A stretch of 64,000 bases of DNA. Origin: an uncultured Bacteroidales bacterium. GTDB taxonomy: Bacteria > Bacteroidota > Bacteroidia > Bacteroidales > VadinHA17. Positions 58,682-64,000 of this stretch are shown in pieces. The position numbers were made by a program, and so were the translations under genes. Positions within the stretch are counted from its first letter, which is position 1. Every line of letters starts with the position of its first letter. The stretch lies in NCBI GenBank assembly GCA_963725585.1, contig CAVRYU010000009.1:413070-477069 (forward strand), in the 5' to 3' direction. The notes under the pieces were generated by a model that was not told the origin of the DNA, did no database searches, and worked only from the letters and a program-made list of their open reading frames with translations.

Positions 58682-60001
58682 TCAGAATTTAAAATACTTT
58701 TCACGAATTGGGATATTCAATAATGCTGAGGCTGCGTTGTCGTTAAGAATTTCTTCGGTTTCCGGCCTCCATGAAAGGGCAGAACCGGTTTTAATCGCAA
58801 TTAATCCTAGCTGACACATTGATATGGTTCGATGGGCAGTTTCAAGCGGTTCAGCTGTCTGCTTCCCGTTCTTTATTGCATATAAGAAATCCTCCTTGTC
58901 TGAAAGAAGGCCTGTTAAAGTGACTTCTCCCGGACCGATAGCTGAGTCGAGAATTGACTGTGAACTTGCAGTTAGTTTATCGGAATACTCTATTTCAACC
59001 CATCCGTCGGTTCCTTCAAAACGAACATAAGGACGTTCAATTTTAAATATTACTTCAACACCGCTGGCATACTGGTATTTAATATCAAACTTATTCAGGG
59101 TGTTCCATAGACCTCTGTCAAATTCACCTGTTCCTTCAATTTTTACAGGGCCTGAATATTCAGTATTGTTCCCCCACTGGACAATCCCCATCAGATGGGC
59201 ACCCCAGTTTGATATCATGCCATTACAATAGCTATCTACTCTCATCCATCCTGGCCGATTGGTGTTGATTTTGATATCATGAACTCTCTTTTCGGTGTAT
59301 GGAACTTCCCAGGCAGGCCCAAGCCAGAAATCATAATTAAGCTCAGGAGGGACAGGCATAGTAGGTTGAACAGGCAATGGAGGTCCATCGGAAGGGACAG
59401 CAACAAAAATACGCTGAAGCTTTCCGATACGGCCATTTCTGACTAGTTCGACACCTCTGGCAAATTTTGGTAATGTCCTGAATTCACTATCGTTTCGGGT
59501 TATTACTCCGTATTTCTTAATGGCTTTAACAAGCTGACGACCATGTTCGATACAGGTAGATATCGGTTTTTCGAGCGAAATGTGCTTACCTGCCCTGGCA
59601 GCCTCAATTGCCATTGGAACATGCCAGTGATCAGGGGTTGCTATCATCACAGCATCAACATCTTTGCGGAGAAGAACCTCACGGAAATCATCTATTGCAT
59701 CACATCCTTTGTAAGTAAATCCCTTTTGCTGTGAATAATAGTCATTAACCTGCTTTTGACCGTTTGCCAGTCGCCATTTATCGACATCACATACTGCAAC
59801 TATCTGGGCATTTTCTGACTTTAAGAATTGCGGGATATTCGGGTTCACGGTCTGTCGGCCGATGCCAATTACTGCTACATTGATCCTGTTGGCGGGAGAC
59901 TTTTTCCCAAGCAAGTATGAAGGAAGGATTGTCGGTACAACAAATATACCTGCCGTTCCAATTGTTGCACTTTTAATGAAATCTCTTCTTTTTGAACTCA
60001 T
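58682..60001 (-). CDS. Gfo/Idh/MocA-family oxidoreductase with TAT signal
   Basis: 439 aa. The signal is SKRRDFIKSATIGTAG. The Rossmann region is INVAVIGIGRQ..VCDVD, followed by TPDHWH..SLEKP. Confidence 0.8.
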   Translation of the reverse strand: MSSKRRDFIKSATIGTAGIFVVPTILPSYLLGKKSPANRINVAVIGIGRQTVNPNIPQFLKSENAQIVAVCDVDKWRLANGQKQVNDYYSQQKGFTYKGCDAIDDFREVLLRKDVDAVMIATPDHWHVPMAIEAARAGKHISLEKPISTCIEHGRQLVKAIKKYGVITRNDSEFRTLPKFARGVELVRNGRIGKLQRIFVAVPSDGPPLPVQPTMPVPPELNYDFWLGPAWEVPYTEKRVHDIKINTNRPGWMRVDSYCNGMISNWGAHLMGIVQWGNNTEYSGPVKIEGTGEFDRGLWNTLNKFDIKYQYASGVEVIFKIERPYVRFEGTDGWVEIEYSDKLTASSQSILDSAIGPGEVTLTGLLSDKEDFLYAIKNGKQTAEPLETAHRTISMCQLGLIAIKTGSALSWRPETEEILNDNAASALLNIPIREKYFKF

Positions 60002-60140
60002 AGATGCAAATTTAAAGTTTCAGTGATATATGTTCATTGGTCAATAAAGATAATAAATCAGTTTGATTTTACCGGTAGATGTTATTATCTTTAGAAATTA
60101 ATGTATCCACTTCCAGTATTAATTTTTCAAAAACATAGAT

Positions 60141-61124
60141 ATGAATAGAAAAACTTTTACCAGACGCAGTTTTATAGGCACTGCAGCTGCTGCAACTGTG
60201 TTGAGCAGTATACCTTTCAACATTTCCCAGGCATCAAATCCTCAGGGCAAAAAGCCTGATTCAAAGGTCGGAGGAGTTCAGCTGGGTGTGACGACATACA
60301 GCTACGGGAGTATGCCTCACAAGGTAGATGATTGCATTCAATATCTCCTTTATGCAGGGGTCAATTCCATCGAGCTCAGGAATGTTGCAGAAGAAGATCT
60401 TGGTATTCCTCAGGTACAAAGGCCAGCGCGCGGAGTAGAATTAACTGAAAAGGAAAGAGCTGAGCTGGCGAAAGCCGCTGGAGGGATAAAGGAAGCTCAG
60501 CGTAAGTGGAGGTTGTCGCTTCCAATGGAGAGATATGCCGAAATGCGTAAAAAATTCAATAGTGCGGGGATTGAGGTATACATTGCAAAATTTGCTCCAT
60601 CGGGCTGGTCGGATGAGGAGATCGATTATGCTTACAGGGCTGCAAAAGTTCTGGGATCGATTGGTATAACTGATGAGCTATCCGATGCAAACTGCCAGCG
60701 ACTTGGGAAATTTGCCGAAAAGCATAATAGCCTGGCAATGTACCATACTCACGGTCAGGTAGCCGATCCGGGTTTTTCCTTCGATAAATATCTTGGATAT
60801 TCACCTGCAAACATGCTTAACCTCGATGCCGGACATTATTTCGGAGCTACCGGGCTGCATCCAAATGATGTGATCATAAAATACCATGACAGGATGCGGA
60901 GCATTCATATCAAGGATAAAACCGGTCCAAAAAATGCAACCCCAAATACAAACAAGCCTTTTGGTGAGGGCGAAACCCCTATCGCAGATGTTCTTCTTCT
61001 GCTGAAAAAAGAAAAATGGCCGATCAGGGTTGATGTCGAGCTTGAGTACCCTATCCCTCAGGGCTCTGATGCAGCAAAAGAAACTAAAAAATGTATTGAC
61101 TACATGAGAAACATTCTTGGATAA
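60141..61124 (+). CDS. Xylose-isomerase-like TIM-barrel protein with TAT signal
   Basis: 327 aa with a FTRRSFIGTAAAATV signal and family segments (LAMYHTHG, LNLDAGHYF, IHIKDK, VELEY). Confidence 0.7.
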   Translation: MNRKTFTRRSFIGTAAAATVLSSIPFNISQASNPQGKKPDSKVGGVQLGVTTYSYGSMPHKVDDCIQYLLYAGVNSIELRNVAEEDLGIPQVQRPARGVELTEKERAELAKAAGGIKEAQRKWRLSLPMERYAEMRKKFNSAGIEVYIAKFAPSGWSDEEIDYAYRAAKVLGSIGITDELSDANCQRLGKFAEKHNSLAMYHTHGQVADPGFSFDKYLGYSPANMLNLDAGHYFGATGLHPNDVIIKYHDRMRSIHIKDKTGPKNATPNTNKPFGEGETPIADVLLLLKKEKWPIRVDVELEYPIPQGSDAAKETKKCIDYMRNILG

Positions 61125-61132
61125 ATTCAGAG

Positions 61133-61579
61133 ATGGACTCTTTAAGATCGATATTTTTAGTTACTCTATTCCTGATATCCTGTTCCTCAGTAAAGCCTGG
61201 CATATCCGGAAAAGAAGAAAAGACCGGAGAAGAAAATAAGGCAGATTCACGCAGAAATATCCCGGAGAAACCGGGTGTTATAGATATAAAGGACTCTTCA
61301 GTTCCTGCGTACCAGGATATTTACGATATGATCCGGGGCAGGGTTGCCGGGGTTGAAGTATCAGGAAAGTCAATTAAGATCAGGGGTACCAATTCACTGA
61401 ATGTAAGCACAGAACCTCTTTTTGTTGTTGATGGTGTTATGGTAAGGGAGATTGATGATATTGCCCCTGAAACCGTAAAATCTATTGAGATTCTCAAAGG
61501 TCCCGATGCTTCAGCATACGGAATAAGAGGATCTAACGGGGTAATAGTGATAACCCGGAAAACTGGGAAAGACCGGTAA
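61133..61579 (+). CDS. Small lipoprotein consisting of a TonB-dependent-receptor plug-like domain only
   Basis: 148 aa with a lipobox (LFLISCSS). The C-terminal ~85 aa resemble the SusC/TBDR plug (GRVAGVEV..IRG..PLFVVDGV..I..IEILKGPDASAYGIRGSNGVIVITRK). No barrel follows. Confidence 0.6.
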   Translation: MDSLRSIFLVTLFLISCSSVKPGISGKEEKTGEENKADSRRNIPEKPGVIDIKDSSVPAYQDIYDMIRGRVAGVEVSGKSIKIRGTNSLNVSTEPLFVVDGVMVREIDDIAPETVKSIEILKGPDASAYGIRGSNGVIVITRKTGKDR

Positions 61580-61990
61580 TGATCTGCTGAATAGGGAGAG
61601 GATTTGTTTTTACCCCGTACTAATCATCAAATGAAATAAAGCAAACAGTAACCTTTACTGTCGGCAGCGATATTATTAAAAACAGAATAATGTAAAACCA
61701 TCTGTTCACGGATGATTACCTTCATTTGGTCAAATTTAATACAAGTTGTCTGTAATTATTTCTAATTTAGTGCTCTAAGCTATAATGCCATACCAGGCTC
61801 ACTGGGAAACAGTTTACTGATCATATCTCTTTTCTGGCACTATTTTAATAAATGTTATTTGATCAGGAAGCCTGAGTTTTCTGTACGATTTTTGAGGTGA
61901 CTTAATTAGTATGAATGAATGAAAAGGTATAAATTAGATTGTATTTTCAGAAAATCACCTAAAACAACCTATTTCTTAAAGTAATTTCTG

Positions 61991-64000
61991 ATGAGATTTA
62001 TAAAGATTTTATTGCTTTTTGCAGTCCTTCTGTTGACATCAACTCAGGTTAAGGCTCAGGCTGCATGTCTTACACTTTCTTCAGGAGCCGGAACCGATAA
62101 TCAGAAAGTATGTGTTAACAACCCGATTACAAATATTATTTATACTCTTGGATTAGGTGTTTCATCCGCAACTGTAACTGGTTTGCCAACTGGTGTAATT
62201 GGTGTTTACAGTCCGGGCTTTTTTGTTATCAGCGGTATACCCTCAGTTGCCGGGGTTTATAGCTATACAGTAACTACAGTTGGATTTTGTACCGGATCAA
62301 ATAAAGATTCAGGTTCAATCACAGTCACTGCCTTGCCCTCGGCCACAATATCATATACCGGATCTCCCTGGTGTACGTCAGCAGGTGTCCAGAATGTAAC
62401 CTTAACAGGTACGACCGGAGGTACATTCAGTGCACCTGCCGGTCTGAGCATAAATGCTTTAACAGGAGCAATAACTCCGGGTGCAAGTACAGCAGGGACC
62501 TATACAGTAACCTATACAATTCCCGCGACAGGAGGTTGCGGAATATTCACAACAACCACCTCAGTTACTGTTACAGCCTTGCCAACGGCTCTGATTTCTT
62601 ATGCCGGTAATCCGTATTGCATTACACTTGCGACACCTCAACCAGTGACCTTTACAGGTACACTGGGCGGGACTTTTAGTTCGGCACCAGCCGGATTGAG
62701 CATTAATTCTGCCACTGGGGCAATTACACCGGCGTCGAGTACGGCAGGAACTTATACAGTGACCTACACAATACCTGCAGCAGGAGGTTGCGCAATTGTT
62801 ACAGCCACCACGACAGTTAATATAGTCACCTCTCCGACAGCTATAATTACCTATTCAGGAAATCCATTCTGCAGAACGCTTTTAACCGAACAGCCTGTTA
62901 CCCTGACAGGAACACCAGGAGGGATATATAGTGCCCTGCCTGCAGGACTGAGTATTAATACAACAACAGGAGCTGTCACTCCTGCTTTAAGTGCGGCAGG
63001 GACATATACAGTTATCTATTCTGTGACGGTTGCAGGGTGCGGAGTCGCTACTGCAACTGCATTGGTAACAATAACAGCATTACCTGCAGCAACTTTCAGT
63101 TATTCTGGCACACCGTATTGCAGCAATGGAGCGGACCCGTTACCAGCCTTTAACGGGGGTGGAGTTGCAGGGATATTTTCATCAACACCGGGTTTGGTTT
63201 TCATAAATTCAGCAACTGGACAGATAGACCTGTCTGCAAGTATTGCCGGATCGTACACTGTGACAAATACCATTGCAGCATCTGGAGGATGCGGAGCCGT
63301 AACCGCTACAGCACCGATAACCGTTACCGCATTACCTGTAGCAGCTTTCAGTTATTCAGGCACACCATATTGCAGCAATGGATCAGATCCCTTACCGACA
63401 TTTAGCCCTGGAGGAGCTGCCGGCGAATTTTCCTCATCTGCAGGTTTAACATTTATAAGTACACTAACGGGACAGGTTGACCTTTCTGCCAGTACTCCCG
63501 GGACCTATACTGTAACAAATACCAGAGCAGCTGCAGGGGGATGCATTGCCGTAATTGCATCGTCAAATATTACAATTACTCAATTCCCTGCGGCCGCGAT
63601 CTCCTATACAGGAAATCCATACTGCAATACACTTGCAGGCATAATGCCGGTGACACTGACAGGAACACCTGGTGGCATTTATAGCGCAGCACCTGCCGGC
63701 CTGACTATTAATTCTTCAACCGGAGCTTTAACCCCTGGTACAAGTAGTGCAGGCACCTATACAGTGACTTACACAATAGCAGCAGCAGGAGGTTGCGGAG
63801 TTGTGACTGCAACAACCATCGTCACAATAAATGCCACTCCATCAGTTATTATAACCAACCCTCCAGCAGCATGTTCCCCGGCAACGGTAGATTTAACTGC
63901 CCCCGCTGTAACGGCAGGATCCACCCCTGGTCTTACTTTTACATATTGGACGGATGCTGCTGCGACTATAGTTTTTACTACTCCATTAACAGCCGGAACT
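61991..64000 (+). CDS. Large secreted repeat protein (adhesin-like), 3' end outside window
   Basis: The frame is open from the ATG at 61991 to the window edge (670 codons). It is absent from the ORF track because it has no stop. The signal peptide is [24 protein letters not shown]. Six tandem ~82-aa repeats follow (..P.A.ISY.G.PYC....[32 protein letters not shown]....GGC...T....V). Confidence 0.8.
   Translation, partial: MRFIKILLLFAVLLLTSTQVKAQAACLTLSSGAGTDNQKVCVNNPITNIIYTLGLGVSSATVTGLPTGVIGVYSPGFFVISGIPSVAGVYSYTVTTVGFCTGSNKDSGSITVTALPSATISYTGSPWCTSAGVQNVTLTGTTGGTFSAPAGLSINALTGAITPGASTAGTYTVTYTIPATGGCGIFTTTTSVTVTALPTALISYAGNPYCITLATPQPVTFTGTLGGTFSSAPAGLSINSATGAITPASSTAGTYTVTYTIPAAGGCAIVTATTTVNIVTSPTAIITYSGNPFCRTLLTEQPVTLTGTPGGIYSALPAGLSINTTTGAVTPALSAAGTYTVIYSVTVAGCGVATATALVTITALPAATFSYSGTPYCSNGADPLPAFNGGGVAGIFSSTPGLVFINSATGQIDLSASIAGSYTVTNTIAASGGCGAVTATAPITVTALPVAAFSYSGTPYCSNGSDPLPTFSPGGAAGEFSSSAGLTFISTLTGQVDLSASTPGTYTVTNTRAAAGGCIAVIASSNITITQFPAAAISYTGNPYCNTLAGIMPVTLTGTPGGIYSAAPAGLTINSSTGALTPGTSSAGTYTVTYTIAAAGGCGVVTATTIVTINATPSVIITNPPAACSPATVDLTAPAVTAGSTPGLTFTYWTDAAATIVFTTPLTAGT

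Overview
AT-rich chromosomal segment with Bacteroidota hallmarks: SusC/SusD pairs, TAnnTTTG -7 promoter boxes, lipoprotein and TAT signal peptides. No rRNA, tRNA, CRISPR array, transposase or phage gene was seen.

Layout:
- 1-8 kb: end of a SusC/SusD PUL, a HAD nucleotidase, a GH31 enzyme, and a DUF6807(PmoA-like)/NIPSNAP pair.
- 8-35 kb: four amino-acid biosynthetic units lie head to tail on the minus strand. These are stand-alone trpB2, the aromatic operon pheA-aminotransferase-tyrA-DAHP synthase/chorismate mutase-aroA, hisGDCBHAF(IE), and ilvDBNC-leuA-leuCD-cimA-like-leuB. Each is preceded by a short leader ORF enriched in the cognate amino-acid codons and by an intrinsic terminator, i.e. 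candidate ribosome-mediated attenuators.
- 35-61.6 kb: a glycan-utilisation island. It holds two GH29 fucosidases, an alginate-lyase-family protein, an esterase, an SGNH hydrolase, an amidohydrolase, a second SusC/SusD pair and a URO-D-family protein. It also holds an unusual concentration of signal-peptide-bearing (mostly TAT) Gfo/Idh/MocA oxidoreductases (x4), xylose-isomerase-like TIM-barrel proteins (x5) and a second DUF6807 protein.
- 62-64 kb: start of a large secreted protein built from tandem ~82-aa Cys-containing repeats.

Non-coding structure:
- About 13 copies of an intergenic C-run/G-run nested-hairpin repeat (REP-like, two subfamilies). Several sit inside operons.
- A second class of intergenic elements made of short tandem words plus their reverse complements.

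About 15 single-base frameshifts are inferred by hand. Nearly all are one extra base, and they cluster at 9.8-21 kb and 36-46 kb. They look more like assembly or sequencing errors than biology.

All calls come from manual reading of the sequence and the ORF track. No searches were run.
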